Shown: positions 31,924 through 42,487 of the stretch, piece after piece
How positions within the stretch are numbered: the first letter of the stretch is position 1
Layout: each line of letters starts with the position of its first letter
Source: an uncultured delta proteobacterium
Lineage (GTDB): Bacteria > Desulfobacterota > Binatia > UBA9968
Direction of reading: 5' to 3'
Assembly (NCBI GenBank): GCA_963727625.1
Contig: CAVSHR010000005.1
Coordinates: forward strand, 576,001 to 640,000
DNA length: 64,000 bases
Made by a program: the position numbers and the translations under genes
The notes under the pieces: generated by a model
Databases searched by the model: none
What the model saw: the letters and a program-made list of their open reading frames with translations, nothing else
What the model was told of the DNA's origin: nothing

Positions 31924-32270
31924 GTGGAATTCGCCAATATCAATGACACCATGCGCACGGCGCACGACGAGAACAAGCGCTTCGTGCCACTCTTTGGTTC
32001 CGATTCATTTCGCTCCTGGATTCTCTATTTTCGCCCCGGCGATTGGACGCGCTGATCAATGACCCCCGCCCGGGCCCGTTCATCACGATCAACCTCCGCG
32101 GTGAGCCGATTCTCGCGGTTGGAGGAAACGACGGCGTCCTGCCGGGCTTCTACAACGTCCGCCGCCATGACGCTGCGGTCGTAATGGCGCAATGCGAAGG
32201 GACTAGGGCAAATCTTCGCTGCCCTTAACAAGTTGACCTATTATCTAGCAGGCGCAATCCTACGACACCG
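31924..32270 (+). pseudogene. Chimeric relic: short cupin-like 5' fragment plus Rieske oxygenase alpha-subunit fragment
   Basis: GGAGGA RBS then VEFANIN...SWILYFRPGD; then PGPFITINLRGEPILAVGGNDGVLPGFYNVRRH...LRCP* (Rieske CxH...CPYH degenerated, stop at Tyr). Confidence 0.6.
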
Positions 32271-32457
32271 GTCGGCTGTCAGTGGGGCGTAAAGCCGGCG
32301 AACACTTGTTTCACAAGCTCCTTCACGCGAGCTTGCGCGCCGGCATGTCAGAGAAAATAGAGCGCGCACCGCCGTTCCGTTACCCACCCCGCGCTTTTGC
32401 CAAGCCATTAAAATCGGCGTAGAATTCTTCTCGATTCTTGATCTCGAGGACTCAGGG

Positions 32458-33414
32458 ATGCCACCTAAAATTTACATCGACGGCCAGGCCGGCACGACCG
32501 CGCTCAGAATCCGCGACTGGCTGGCCGGTCGAAAAGATCTTGACGTCGTTACCCTCCCCGAGGAATTGCGCAAGGATGCCGCCGCGCGAATGAAAGCGCT
32601 CCAGGACGCGAACGTCGTACTCTTGTGCTTGCCGGACGATGCTGCGAAAGAAGCTGCGGCATGGCTGGCCGACTCGCCGGTGCGGATTCTCGACGCCAGC
32701 ACGGCACATCGAGTCAACGATGATTGGGTGTATGGTTTGCCGGAATTGGTTGCGGGGCAGCGCGAGCGAATCGCTAAAGCCCGGCTCGTCGCCAATCCGG
32801 GCTGCTACTCCTCCGCCGTGATCCTGCTCGTGCGCCCGCTCGTCGACGCCGGCTTCATCGCATCCGATGCCGCGCTGCCGATCCACGCACTTTCGGGTTA
32901 TTCCGGCGGCGGCCGGGCTTTGATCGAACGCTGGGAAGATCCTCAGCGAGGGCTCTCGAAGCTCGCCTACGAAGCTCCCTACAGCATAACCAAGCTTCAC
33001 AAGCATATTCCCGAAATCATGCGCCACGGCGGGCTAAATGCCGAACCGCAATTTCTACCCAACGTCGGACCGTTTCGCTGCGGCATGCGCGTGGAAATTA
33101 TGCTGCCAAAAACTTTGCTGGCCAAACCCGCCAACGCCAAAGCGATATGGGAAGCCCTGGCGGCGCGCTACGAAAAAGAATTCTTCGTTGAGGTCGAACC
33201 GTTGACGGACGCAAGCGGGGCCGATGAATTCACCTTCGACCCGCAAGCACACAACGATACCAACCGCATCTCGCTCCGCATCCTGCCGCATCGATCGGGC
33301 CACGTCTTGCTGATGGCGCGGCTCGACAACCTCGGCAAAGGCGCGGCCGGCGTCGCGATTCAGAATTTGAATCTGATGCTCGGCGTGCCGGAGGATACCG
33401 GGTTGCCACGCTAG
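32458..33414 (+). CDS. argC: N-acetyl-gamma-glutamyl-phosphate reductase (type 2)
   Basis: IYIDGQAGTT, DASTAHR, ANPGCY, SGYSGGG, LDNLGKGAAG. Confidence 0.95.
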   Translation: MPPKIYIDGQAGTTALRIRDWLAGRKDLDVVTLPEELRKDAAARMKALQDANVVLLCLPDDAAKEAAAWLADSPVRILDASTAHRVNDDWVYGLPELVAGQRERIAKARLVANPGCYSSAVILLVRPLVDAGFIASDAALPIHALSGYSGGGRALIERWEDPQRGLSKLAYEAPYSITKLHKHIPEIMRHGGLNAEPQFLPNVGPFRCGMRVEIMLPKTLLAKPANAKAIWEALAARYEKEFFVEVEPLTDASGADEFTFDPQAHNDTNRISLRILPHRSGHVLLMARLDNLGKGAAGVAIQNLNLMLGVPEDTGLPR

Positions 33415-34266
33415 TCAGCTTCGAATGATCTTTTCCGCGACCCGCGCATTCGGCACGATTCGTATTCGCGCGGGTACGAAAGGGAGCGCCGCTCGGACCG
33501 CTCCGGCAAAACTAACCAAGCATTTTTCTTTCCGAACACTCCAGTTGAGCGCGTAACCGTCTCGCAGTTTTTCCGGCAACAAGCCGGCCGTCACGAGACG
33601 AAACAGCGGGCCGCCGGGTCTGAAAATCCACTGGCGTGGATACAGGATATCTTGAGCAAGTTTTCTGGCAGTGGGACCAACCGTAATGACATCGCCGGAG
33701 ATCATACTATCCATGTACGCGTTAAACTCGCCGGGGGAGTCGGGGATAAGTTCGTCCTTTATGCCGAACAGCGCTGCGAGTTTTTTCGAGTCTTGGTAAT
33801 AAGCCGTTGCTTGCGCTTCCGCCAACGGTGCGACAAAGAAGCTATAAGCGACCATCGCCGAGTCCATCAACGTGGCGTGAACCCAGAGCAGCAGATCTTG
33901 ATCGAAAGCGTCATATCGCACACCCGCGTGGCCCAATTCAACGTCGGGGACGATGCCGTAAACTTTCTCATGGCGGCTCGCCACGCGCTCGAGTGCGGCG
34001 CGCGCCTGCGCCTGCTCGTCGAACACGATCGACCACATGGCGCCCATCGTGCGGTGGAGACGGGCGAGGGGGTCGTCTTGAAAATGGCTATGCTCGGCGA
34101 CCCCGGCGGCAACTTTGGGATGAGCGATTTGCATGAGCAGCGCCCGCCCGCCGGCGAGCAACAGCGCCATCTCACGGTTTACCCGCCAGATTTGACTCTC
34201 CGGACTGAAGAATCCTTCATTTGAATTTGCGATAACCGTTATCCTCGTCGAACTTCTAATCAGCAA
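33415..34266 (-). CDS. DUF2236/MpaB-like oxygenase family protein
   Basis: GGRALLMQIAHPKVAAGVAEHS..DPLARL, LLLWVHATL; start uncertain. Confidence 0.85.
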   Translation of the reverse strand: MLIRSSTRITVIANSNEGFFSPESQIWRVNREMALLLAGGRALLMQIAHPKVAAGVAEHSHFQDDPLARLHRTMGAMWSIVFDEQAQARAALERVASRHEKVYGIVPDVELGHAGVRYDAFDQDLLLWVHATLMDSAMVAYSFFVAPLAEAQATAYYQDSKKLAALFGIKDELIPDSPGEFNAYMDSMISGDVITVGPTARKLAQDILYPRQWIFRPGGPLFRLVTAGLLPEKLRDGYALNWSVRKEKCLVSFAGAVRAALPFVPARIRIVPNARVAEKIIRS

Positions 34267-34325
34267 ATAAACGGCTCAGCGATAACAGTCGGAAACCCGC
34301 GCACGTTTTATGCCGGGAAATCTGT

Positions 34326-35561
34326 TCACGCCGGTGTATCGCTCGGCAACGCGGTTTCCCGGATATCTTGCGCCGGGCGCTGCGCTCCCAGCAACATCCA
34401 CGGCGCCGACGCGCCCAACATTAATGAGCCGAGGCCGCAAATCAAGTAGAGCAGATCGATGCCACTCCGATCGATCAGCCAACCCGCCGAGATATTCGAA
34501 GCAATACCGGCCACGCCGCTGCCCACCATCGAGAGTACGCCCTGGGCGGTTGAACGCAATTTTTCCGGCGCGACCTCGTCGAGATAAAGCGGGCTGCCGA
34601 TGTTGAGACCGACGACGGTGATACCGTGCAGCGCCTGCACGGCGAAAAGCAGTATGGGATCGCTGATCAGCGCGCACAATGTCCATCGTAAGCCGCCGAC
34701 CAGCACGCCGACGGCGAGCAGGCCTCGCGCGCCGAGCCGTTTCAATCCGCTGCCCGTCGAGAGCACCAGCGGGATTTCGATGAGCAACATGAGAATCCAC
34801 ATATTCCGAATCGTGCCCACGTCGCCGCCGCGCGAACGCACGAACAGCGGAAACAGCCACATGGGGCCATGCATGAGAAAATGGGCGAGCAGCGAGAACA
34901 GGAGAAATCGAAAAAAGGCGCGATTATGAATCAGCTCGCGCCAATCGCCGCGCGCTGCGCGCACCGAAACAGCCCCTCTCTTGGGCAGAAAAAAAGCAAT
35001 GAAGGCGGCAGCCAGCACCAGGCTCGCGGTGGTCGGAAACATCAGGCCAAGACCCGGCTGCGAAACCGCCGACGCCGCCGCACCGTCCTTATGGGCCGGG
35101 AGAATTTTCAGCAGCCAGGGAAACAGGACGATCACAACAAAATAGCCGACAGTTCCCCAGGCGCGCACGTAACCGAAAGCGTGGCTGCCGGCGTCGCGCA
35201 AAATCGCCAGGCTCACCGAAGTCATCATCGGGAAAATGGCCGTACCGACGAAGGCCAGTGCGGCCATCGCCAGAACGATAGGCCAGAATCCGTCCGCCTG
35301 CCCCACTCCTAAATAACCGAGGGCCGTACCGACGGTTAGAAACGCCAAGGTCCGGCTGCGCGCGCCGGTGCGATCCGCCAGTTGTCCCCAGATAGGCTGG
35401 GCGATCATCCCCACCAACGGCGAGATCGCCAGGATCAAGCCGACTTCCGTGCCGGTAAGCCCAGCGTTCTCTCGAAGATAAAGACTAAAATACGGATAGA
35501 AGATTCCTAAAGAGCCGAAGTAGACAAACCAAAAAAGCGTTAGCGGAATAGAATGCCACAT
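34326..35561 (-). CDS. MFS transporter (HcaT/nucleoside-symporter-like)
   Basis: YFGSLGIFYPYFSLYL, WGQLADRTG, FGYVRAWGTVG, QALHG, TAQG. Confidence 0.9.
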   Translation of the reverse strand: MWHSIPLTLFWFVYFGSLGIFYPYFSLYLRENAGLTGTEVGLILAISPLVGMIAQPIWGQLADRTGARSRTLAFLTVGTALGYLGVGQADGFWPIVLAMAALAFVGTAIFPMMTSVSLAILRDAGSHAFGYVRAWGTVGYFVVIVLFPWLLKILPAHKDGAAASAVSQPGLGLMFPTTASLVLAAAFIAFFLPKRGAVSVRAARGDWRELIHNRAFFRFLLFSLLAHFLMHGPMWLFPLFVRSRGGDVGTIRNMWILMLLIEIPLVLSTGSGLKRLGARGLLAVGVLVGGLRWTLCALISDPILLFAVQALHGITVVGLNIGSPLYLDEVAPEKLRSTAQGVLSMVGSGVAGIASNISAGWLIDRSGIDLLYLICGLGSLMLGASAPWMLLGAQRPAQDIRETALPSDTPA

Positions 35562-35724
35562 GGCGTGATGGTAGCATCGATCATCTTTCTTATCAGCCGC
35601 GACCGGGGTGTTCTCCTCGGCACCCAGCCAATTCTTACTAAGGGCGCGCTATAGTTGCAAAAGATCGCACTTGCAGCTGCCCTGAGACACGTTTTAAGCA
35701 GTGCGCAACTTGTCGATGCGGAGC

Positions 35725-35741
35725 GTTTCATATATTGAAAC
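35725..35741. promoter_or_regulatory. Palindrome just upstream of adenylation enzyme A1 (possible operator)
   Basis: GTTTCA-TATAT-TGAAAC. Confidence 0.35.
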
Positions 35742-35748
35742 TGTCAAC

Positions 35749-37197
35749 ATGCTGTACCGCCTATTGGTAAACCAGAGCGACAAAAATCCGCGAAAGATCG
35801 CAGTTGTCGGCGAGCGACGGTCGGTTTCTTACCGCCAGCTAGTCAAGGAGGTGCGAAGCGCCGCTACCTATTTACATAAACATGGTTTTCGGGCCGGTGA
35901 TTATGTAATCCTCGGCATACCGCCAAGTCCGGAATTCTACGTCTTATTCTACGCCGCCGCCACACTAGGAATCGTTTCACTTCCGGTCCCGCCGGCGGGA
36001 AAGTTATCCTCCCATGTGAAGCCTCGCGGGCGCGTCGCCATTGCCGGGGACCAAACATTTCTGCGTAACTCGGGGAATTTCAACTTCGAAGTCGGTTTGG
36101 TTATGCCGTGGAATAGAGATACCGGTCTTGGCATTCCGACCGCAGCGGGAAAACTAAGCAGAAACAAAATCGTACGAGCGGCCGATGTCCTCGGCACCTC
36201 GACGTCAGGAACTACCGGTGAACCGGTTATTTTCACACGCTCGGCGACAGAGCTCTATCATCGTGCCCGCTTGCGCATCGAGAGCATGAAAATACGCCGC
36301 GACGACATCCTGCTCTCGGCGGGACCGTTCACGAGCGGTGTCAACGCGGTCTTTCATTTGGTCCTGCCAATTATCGCAGGCTGCCAGGTCGTGGTGTTGG
36401 AGCAATTCGACCGCCGCAAAACCGTCGATGCGATTCAGCATCGAAGGATCACCGTGCTTTGCTCCATTCCCCTCACCTTCGAGGTGCTCGCCCATCTTCC
36501 CAAGAATTACCCGGCTGATCTCTCATCGCTGCGCCTGTGCATTTCCAACGGCGCGCCGCTGTCCAAAAACATTTACCAAAGGTTCTACGAGCGATTCGCG
36601 ATCGGCATCGGCCAGATGTACGGCGGCAGCGACTTCGCACCGGCCTTCACATGCAACCGCGGCGACGCAGCGGAAGCGGTCGGGCAACGATCCGGTCCCT
36701 TTCCGACCAAAGTCGTCGGCGATCACGGCCGCGCGCTACCTAACGGCCGGGTCGGCGAAATCGTATTTGATCTCGCCGGTGTTTCGAACCGCGCCTTGAA
36801 GGCGGTTCTGCTGAAAAATCCCAATTGCCGTGGCCGTTATCTCTATACCGGCGATCTCGGGCGCTTCGATGACCGGGACAATCTGTTCGTGGTCGGACGA
36901 AAAAACTCTCTCATCAAAGTTGGCGCGGTGCGAGTCATGGCTGGAGAAGTGGAAAATGTTTTAAGATCGCATCCGAAGGTTCGTGAAACACTCGTATACC
37001 CATTACGGCCGGGAGAAACCGATGAAGCCGTGGGCGCCGTGGTGGTGCGCGATGGCGAGCTGTCCGCGGAAGATCTTATCGCATATTGCGCCCGGCGATT
37101 GGATCGATACAAATGCCCCCGGTCGATTGTGTTTCGGCGCCATTTGCCGCGCAACCAGCATGGCAAAATCAGCCCGTATTTATTCATGCATCGATAA
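35749..37197 (+). CDS. Adenylate-forming enzyme A1 (AMP-binding family, atypical motifs)
   Basis: STSGTTGEP, YGGSD, YTGDLG, GRKNSLIK, LPRNQHGK. Confidence 0.88.
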   Translation: MLYRLLVNQSDKNPRKIAVVGERRSVSYRQLVKEVRSAATYLHKHGFRAGDYVILGIPPSPEFYVLFYAAATLGIVSLPVPPAGKLSSHVKPRGRVAIAGDQTFLRNSGNFNFEVGLVMPWNRDTGLGIPTAAGKLSRNKIVRAADVLGTSTSGTTGEPVIFTRSATELYHRARLRIESMKIRRDDILLSAGPFTSGVNAVFHLVLPIIAGCQVVVLEQFDRRKTVDAIQHRRITVLCSIPLTFEVLAHLPKNYPADLSSLRLCISNGAPLSKNIYQRFYERFAIGIGQMYGGSDFAPAFTCNRGDAAEAVGQRSGPFPTKVVGDHGRALPNGRVGEIVFDLAGVSNRALKAVLLKNPNCRGRYLYTGDLGRFDDRDNLFVVGRKNSLIKVGAVRVMAGEVENVLRSHPKVRETLVYPLRPGETDEAVGAVVVRDGELSAEDLIAYCARRLDRYKCPRSIVFRRHLPRNQHGKISPYLFMHR

Positions 37198-37243
37198 CTC
37201 CTTGTACCTTGACCTGTCCAAGATAAGCATCAACGATTTATAA

Positions 37244-38116
37244 ATGAAATTTTCTCCTGTCGCTCTCTGTTACAAGACGCCGTGGCTGAGACCGGTCATG
37301 AAACAGGTTCCGTATTCCTGGCTCTACCGTTTCTGTCGGCTCAATACCGCGCTGTCAATGCATTATAGCTCGCACCGAAAAAGGTTTCTGCGCCCGGTTC
37401 GGACCGTGCTATCGGGTTACCTGAGCGATGAACGGTTATCGGAAATCTGTTACGAATATCTGGCTCAGCGTCAATATCTAAATTATTTGGAAACTATTTG
37501 GCAGCATATGACCCGGGATCAACGGCCCGCCGCTATTTTCGACGGAGCGGAGCGTCTACGCGAGGCGTTATCAAATGGCACAGGGGCAGTGTTGATCTCC
37601 GGTCATAATTACGGATTCAGTCGGATGGTAGGTCCCATCTTGGCCGACGATGGCTATGAGATTTCCCGAGCCGGCAGTTTAACTGAAGACATCGTTCGAC
37701 ACAGATGGGGTGCCGAAGCGCCGTGGCAGTATATTTATTTGACCAAAGACCCTTGGGACCGCGTCCGCGCTCTCAAACAACTTCTTTCCGCCTTGAAAAA
37801 CAACCGGATTATACATCTTCTAATTGTCAACCGTCGATTCGGCGATAAAATTGCCGAGGTGGATTTCTATGGGCGAAACTTTTTTCTCGATATCAGCACT
37901 TTTGAGCTGATCAATGGATTGCGAGCGCCAGTGCTGCCCTGTTTTGCGCTCTGTAACAACAACGGCGATTTCACTATTAAGATCCATCCGCATTTAGGCG
38001 ACACAATCGAAGAATTGACCGCCGGCTTTGCAAAACTATTTTCCTGGTATCTGAAAGAGCTTCCCCAATACGTGCGATTTTGGAAACCGTTGCTAAACCA
38101 AAAGGCGTTTTGGTAA
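37244..38116 (+). CDS. Lipid A late-acyltransferase (LpxL/LPLAT)-like protein AT1
   Basis: DGAERLREALSNGTGAVLISGH, VDFYG, APVLPCF, PQYVRFW. Confidence 0.78.
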   Translation: MKFSPVALCYKTPWLRPVMKQVPYSWLYRFCRLNTALSMHYSSHRKRFLRPVRTVLSGYLSDERLSEICYEYLAQRQYLNYLETIWQHMTRDQRPAAIFDGAERLREALSNGTGAVLISGHNYGFSRMVGPILADDGYEISRAGSLTEDIVRHRWGAEAPWQYIYLTKDPWDRVRALKQLLSALKNNRIIHLLIVNRRFGDKIAEVDFYGRNFFLDISTFELINGLRAPVLPCFALCNNNGDFTIKIHPHLGDTIEELTAGFAKLFSWYLKELPQYVRFWKPLLNQKAFW

Positions 38117-38169
38117 AAGTCGCGGCATGGTTGGAATCGAACGATTGCTAAGCTCGTTCATTGAGGGAT

Positions 38170-38520
38170 TCGAAGTTATACCAAACCCACGCCAAACGAG
38201 TGCACAACAGGAGCGGAAAGCGGCAGTGACCGGTGAGCGTAGAACGCTCTACTACGAGCAACTCTTGCGCGCAATGTGCCGAGCGGCGCCCTCTTTCACC
38301 GCGGTGGACTCCGGTCCGGCGCCCGCTTGCCCCTGGAATACCGCCTTGCCTAGAATTCTATATTCTCTTTTATGCGGCGCGCGGCACGGCAATCATCCCG
38401 GTGAGCCGGCTCCGGCGCTACCCCGACCGCCCATCTGCACCAATGTCGTGATCAACCTGGAATGGAATAAGCTGCGCGCCTCCCCTCGCCCATGGAACGG
38501 CATCCGTCGGCCCGTGAGCG
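38170..38520 (+). pseudogene. Degenerate 5' relic of the adenylation enzyme
   Basis: KAAVTGERRTLYYEQLL, and in another frame GIPPCLEFYILFYAA, match the A1 N-terminus. Confidence 0.7.
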
Positions 38521-38659
38521 GAAGGGCTCGTCTTGAATTGCCGCGGCTTTTTTATATGATTGTCAGCACAACGCGCGTTTAAGTTAAGAAATCGGCGATT
38601 CTTTCTCAGGACAGCCGTAGTCTACCGTCAAACAACCGCACACGGAGATCGGAAACCCG

Positions 38660-38977
38660 ATGAACCAGGCAACGATCCGAAAGCGACTGGAACCTCTGAT
38701 TAGAAAAGTAAATCATGCAAAAGGGGCTAAAACGATTTCCGACAGCGTGATACTCTTCGGCGAAGACGGAGTGCTCGACTCCGTTGGCACAATAAAACTG
38801 ATCATGTCAGTGGAGGACGAGTTCGACATCGCCGTCGAGGAGAAAGAAATAAGCCCAACAAACTTTAAGACGATCGCCGCATTGGCTCGCTTCATAGAAT
38901 CCAAGCTGGTCGGCAGTTTAGCCTGGACGTTGGCTTGCGCTCTTTCTTTGGCGATCTCGGAGGGAACCCAGTTTTAG
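38660..38977 (+). CDS. Acyl/aminoacyl carrier protein ACP1 (DltC/AlmF-like)
   Basis: DGVLDSVGTIKLIMSVEDEFDI..EI..NFKTI; phosphopantetheine Ser in DS; hydrophobic C-terminal extension. Confidence 0.85.
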   Translation: MNQATIRKRLEPLIRKVNHAKGAKTISDSVILFGEDGVLDSVGTIKLIMSVEDEFDIAVEEKEISPTNFKTIAALARFIESKLVGSLAWTLACALSLAISEGTQF

Positions 38978-39003
38978 ATTCACCTCCTATACCTGTTTAA
39001 GAC

Positions 39004-39345
39004 CTATCTGCTTCGTGGCCATCGGCGCCACCACGGCCGTGTAGATTCGCGGCGGGCCATGACGAGCCGGATCCGAATGTCCAGTGGAATCACACCGCCC
39101 TGCGATTCAACCGCGCCACGAGCGTTCTTTAGCACAGTCACTTGCTCATGAGTCGGCAGCTTTCGAAAGAGATTAAGAGAGCGTAATAAATCCTCAAGTC
39201 CCTGTGCGTTGTACAGCCGCTTTGTGAGGTAGAGCCGTTTCTCAAGGTTTCCAAACGCCTGACTTTCGCAGAATTGCCGCTCAAAAGGCCATTGCTGCGG
39301 ACCCTGCCTCTCTCTATGGAGAGATCGGTGAGCGATCCGATTCTA
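39004..39345 (-). pseudogene. C-terminal remnant of the SAM methyltransferase
   Basis: Minus-strand translation QWPFERQFCESQAFG..GLEDLLRSLNLFRKL..VESQGG..IRLVMARR aligns with the C-terminus of 42951-43784; in-frame stop upstream; not in the ORF track. Confidence 0.8.
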
Positions 39346-39508
39346 CGCCAGATCGTTTGTTGCTTCCGTCGATGTGTCCGGTTTTTACCCGGTTGCAGCC
39401 CTTTCAACAAGATAGCATTTACGATGAACGAACTCTTCTCAACCCGGAAAGGTTCGATAACGAGACGACGTTCTTTGAAAACGAAACTCCGACAACAAAC
39501 AGTCACCC

Positions 39509-40160
39509 ATGTTGTATAGGGCACTTGATAATATCGCTAAAAAACATCCCCACAAGGTCGCAATCGTCGGCGCGCACGCCGCGTATACATTTAGCGAACG
39601 GCTGCGCCAAGTTCGCGGCGTCACGCTGCACCTACAAGACCAGGGTCTAGGCCCCGGCGATCATCTGGTCGTCGGCATTAGTCCCAGCCCGGAGTTTTAT
39701 GCTCTGTTCTTCGCCGCGGCGGCGCCGGGAATCACCACGACCTCGGCTCCAGCCTCCGGCAAACTGCCCGCTTCGATCAAGGCTCTTCAGCCCCTCGCGC
39801 TTGCCGGGAGCAAGGATTTCATCGCGACCGTAACCGGCGGCGGCATCAAACTCCGACATACAATTCTCTGGCAAGCGCAGCATGACTTGGCAATCGCGTC
39901 CCCCCCTGCGGAAATAGAAGATGCGCTGCGTTCTCATCCGCACGTTCAAGACGCTATCGTGTTTCCCGTAAGAACCAGACAAGCCGACGAGGCTGTTGGC
40001 GCGGTCGTGGTTCCGAACGGTAGAGCAACCACCGACGAGCTCGCCGAGCACTGCGCGCGCCAACTCGACGCCTACAAATGTCCCCCGACCTTTTCCTTTC
40101 GAAAGTCGTTGCCCCGCAACGCTCGTGGCAAGGTGATTCGATATCTCTATGAACAGCCGT
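39509..40160 (+). pseudogene. Adenylation enzyme A2 with in-frame internal deletion of the catalytic core
   Basis: N-terminus MLYRAL...LAI is joined directly to PAEIEDALRSHPHVQDA; about 800 bp of A3 is missing; the ORF runs on to 40348. Confidence 0.85.
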
Positions 40161-40395
40161 CCGGCGGATTGCAACCGGTTAGCAACAACCGTTCACGATT
40201 GTATCGTGTGAAACAGCGCATTCGCCGGGATGGAAAAAGCTTCTCGTCGCCAAACCATCTCACCGGTGGTCGGCTCGCCGGTTACCCGCTCGCAGGACCG
40301 ATTCAATGCGTCCAAAGGCACGTTGAGGCGATTTCGTCGCAACATTGACATACAGATGGCACTCCATTAGATTCAGCGCTTCAGAAAGGACTTCT

Positions 40396-41352
40396 ATGCT
40401 TGTCCTGTTGGCATTACTGTTATTCGTGGCTCCGACGGAGTCCGCGCACGGCAGAACCGTTAGAGTTGCGATACCAGGCTTTTCTTACGTGATCGCTTTT
40501 GTGGCCGCTCAAGAGCAAGGTTATTACCGCGAGGAAAATTTGGACGTAGAACTCGTCCGAATGCCTGTCGGGGTGGGCGTAAAAGCGTTACTGGCGGGAA
40601 ACGTCGAATTTGCCGCGATGGGCTCGGCGCTTTTTTCGGCCATCCTCGGCGGTGCCTCATTGCGAATTATCATGAGCTCCTTTCATCGACCGCTCTTTTT
40701 TCTTTACGCCAACCCCGGGCTCACGCGGCTGCAGGATTTGAAGGGGAAAACGGTCGGGGTGCCGGCACTCGGCACCGCAGGACACTCCATGCTCGTCGAA
40801 ATCTTGCAGAGAAACGGACAATTGCCCGACAGCGATATCGCGCTTGTGGGCATTGGCAGCACGGAAACCAGACTCCAAGCTCTTCTACGCGGTGTCATCG
40901 ACGCAGCGGTCCTCTCGCCGCCTTCGACTTTTCTCGCCGAAGACGCTGGATTTAGCCAGATCCTATCCTTTGTCAATCAAGACTTGGTGTTTCCCGGCGG
41001 CGGAATCGGCGTCAGCGAACAACTGCTGCGCACAGACTCTACCCACGTCGAGAATTTCGCTCGCGCAACGCTCAAGGGACACCACTACGTTTTCGCCAAC
41101 GAAACCGGCATGATTCCGCTGATTTCGAAGAGCTTGCACATGAAAAAATCTCACGCCGAAAAATATTACCGAATGATGCGCGGGGCTCTGACGCCGGACG
41201 GCACGATCGACAGTAAGAGCCAGAAACAAGCGCTCGCTCCGGCTTTACGGCTGCGCGGCGCTACTGAATCGCCACCCTTGCAGAGAATTTTTGACTTCTC
41301 TTTACTGCGCAAGCTTAATGCCGAGCTCAAAGCTGTGCGATGGAAACCGTAA
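40396..41352 (+). CDS. ABC substrate-binding protein (NMT1/SsuA/TauA-like)
   Basis: Signal peptide, GYYREENLDVELV, DLKGKTVGV, IDAAVL, IFDFS; AAAGGA RBS. Confidence 0.88.
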   Translation: MLVLLALLLFVAPTESAHGRTVRVAIPGFSYVIAFVAAQEQGYYREENLDVELVRMPVGVGVKALLAGNVEFAAMGSALFSAILGGASLRIIMSSFHRPLFFLYANPGLTRLQDLKGKTVGVPALGTAGHSMLVEILQRNGQLPDSDIALVGIGSTETRLQALLRGVIDAAVLSPPSTFLAEDAGFSQILSFVNQDLVFPGGGIGVSEQLLRTDSTHVENFARATLKGHHYVFANETGMIPLISKSLHMKKSHAEKYYRMMRGALTPDGTIDSKSQKQALAPALRLRGATESPPLQRIFDFSLLRKLNAELKAVRWKP

Positions 41353-41499
41353 TCTGCCGGAACTCCATCGCTGACGCGCAATCCTGCATTTGGTCCTTAG
41401 TCGAATTCGGCAACTCGCCGCAGCTCGGGAAGTCCCATCGAAGTGTTGCCGTGCCATTCTCCGATGATCGTGCGATTATAGCGTGAGCCCTTGCGACGG

Positions 41500-42380
41500 A
41501 TGAAGCTGTCGATCCTGCACCTGTTTTATCAGTGTTCTGCGCTGTATGGGTTCAGCAAGAATACATCGCTGAAACTCTCCTCGCCATTTGTCGGCGCACA
41601 GCCGGCCTATCGCTTTGCTTTACTTCAATCCGCACACGCGGAGATACTTACGACCGCTCCGCAGCGTGCTCGAATCCCAAGGCGACCCGGAGCGCTTGAG
41701 CGACATCGCCAAAAAGCATCTGGTCTACCGACGCTATCTCGACAACCTGGCCTTTGCCTGGCGCGGACAAATCCAGCGCCAACTAGACCTGTTCGATGTC
41801 GATGGGGAAGCACATCACCAAGCCGCGCTCGCGGCGGGCAAGGGCGCGATCATTTTTTCGAGCCATAACTTCGGCGTCAATCGGCTGATCTCGCCGGTGC
41901 TATCGAAGTTCGGCTATTCCATCCGCCGGGTCGGCGCCTGGGACGACGAAGCGATGACGCGACTCTGGGGCAATGAGGAGGAGCGCAGGTGGAAAAATTC
42001 CGCTCGGCGCCGATCGCTGGAGTCGCCTTCGTGCCGGCCAGCAAATTACTTCGGCTCTCAAAGGCAACTCACTGGTCTGTGTCTCGATTTCCAACCAAGC
42101 CATCGGCCCTCCGGAACAGCAGGTGTGCGTTTTTGGCAGGACTTTTTACGTCGACTCGGCAATCCTTCAGCTCTTGGAAAATCTCAACACGGTTATTCTA
42201 CCGTGTTTCGTGCTTTGCAACGATCGTGGGAGGGTCCAACTGATCTTGCATCCGCCTCTGGCCGGGACGATCGATGCAACGTCACAGACCTACTGCAAGG
42301 TATTCTCGGATTACCTCACCCGATTCCCGGAGTTTTGCCGTTTCTGGAAGCCCTTGGTACAAAACAGGCCGCGGTGGCAG
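41500..42380 (+). pseudogene. Acyltransferase AT2 (at least 3 frameshifts)
   Basis: Pieces MKLS.., ETLLAICR, FNPHTRRYL..SSHNFGVNRL..GAWDDEAMT, and KIPLGADRW..PEFCRFWKPLVQ lie in different frames; paralog of AT3. Confidence 0.85.
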
Positions 42381-42487
42381 GTGATTTTCTTTTGCCGCAA
42401 CAATGAAATCTTCTCCTGCGAAAGTTCGCGACCGGGTAAATCCGCAAGCGAAGATGAACCCGTTATTTTTGCTCTCCGGCAATCAAA

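Noticed and set aside
32055-32057. TGA after the cupin-like fragment as a second Sec codon
   Set aside because: Not in a redox Cys motif, and the read-through sequence is not protein-like.
32270-32400. Possible tRNA or structured RNA upstream of argC
   Set aside because: No cloverleaf, T-loop GTTC or CCA end; partly explained by the Rieske relic.
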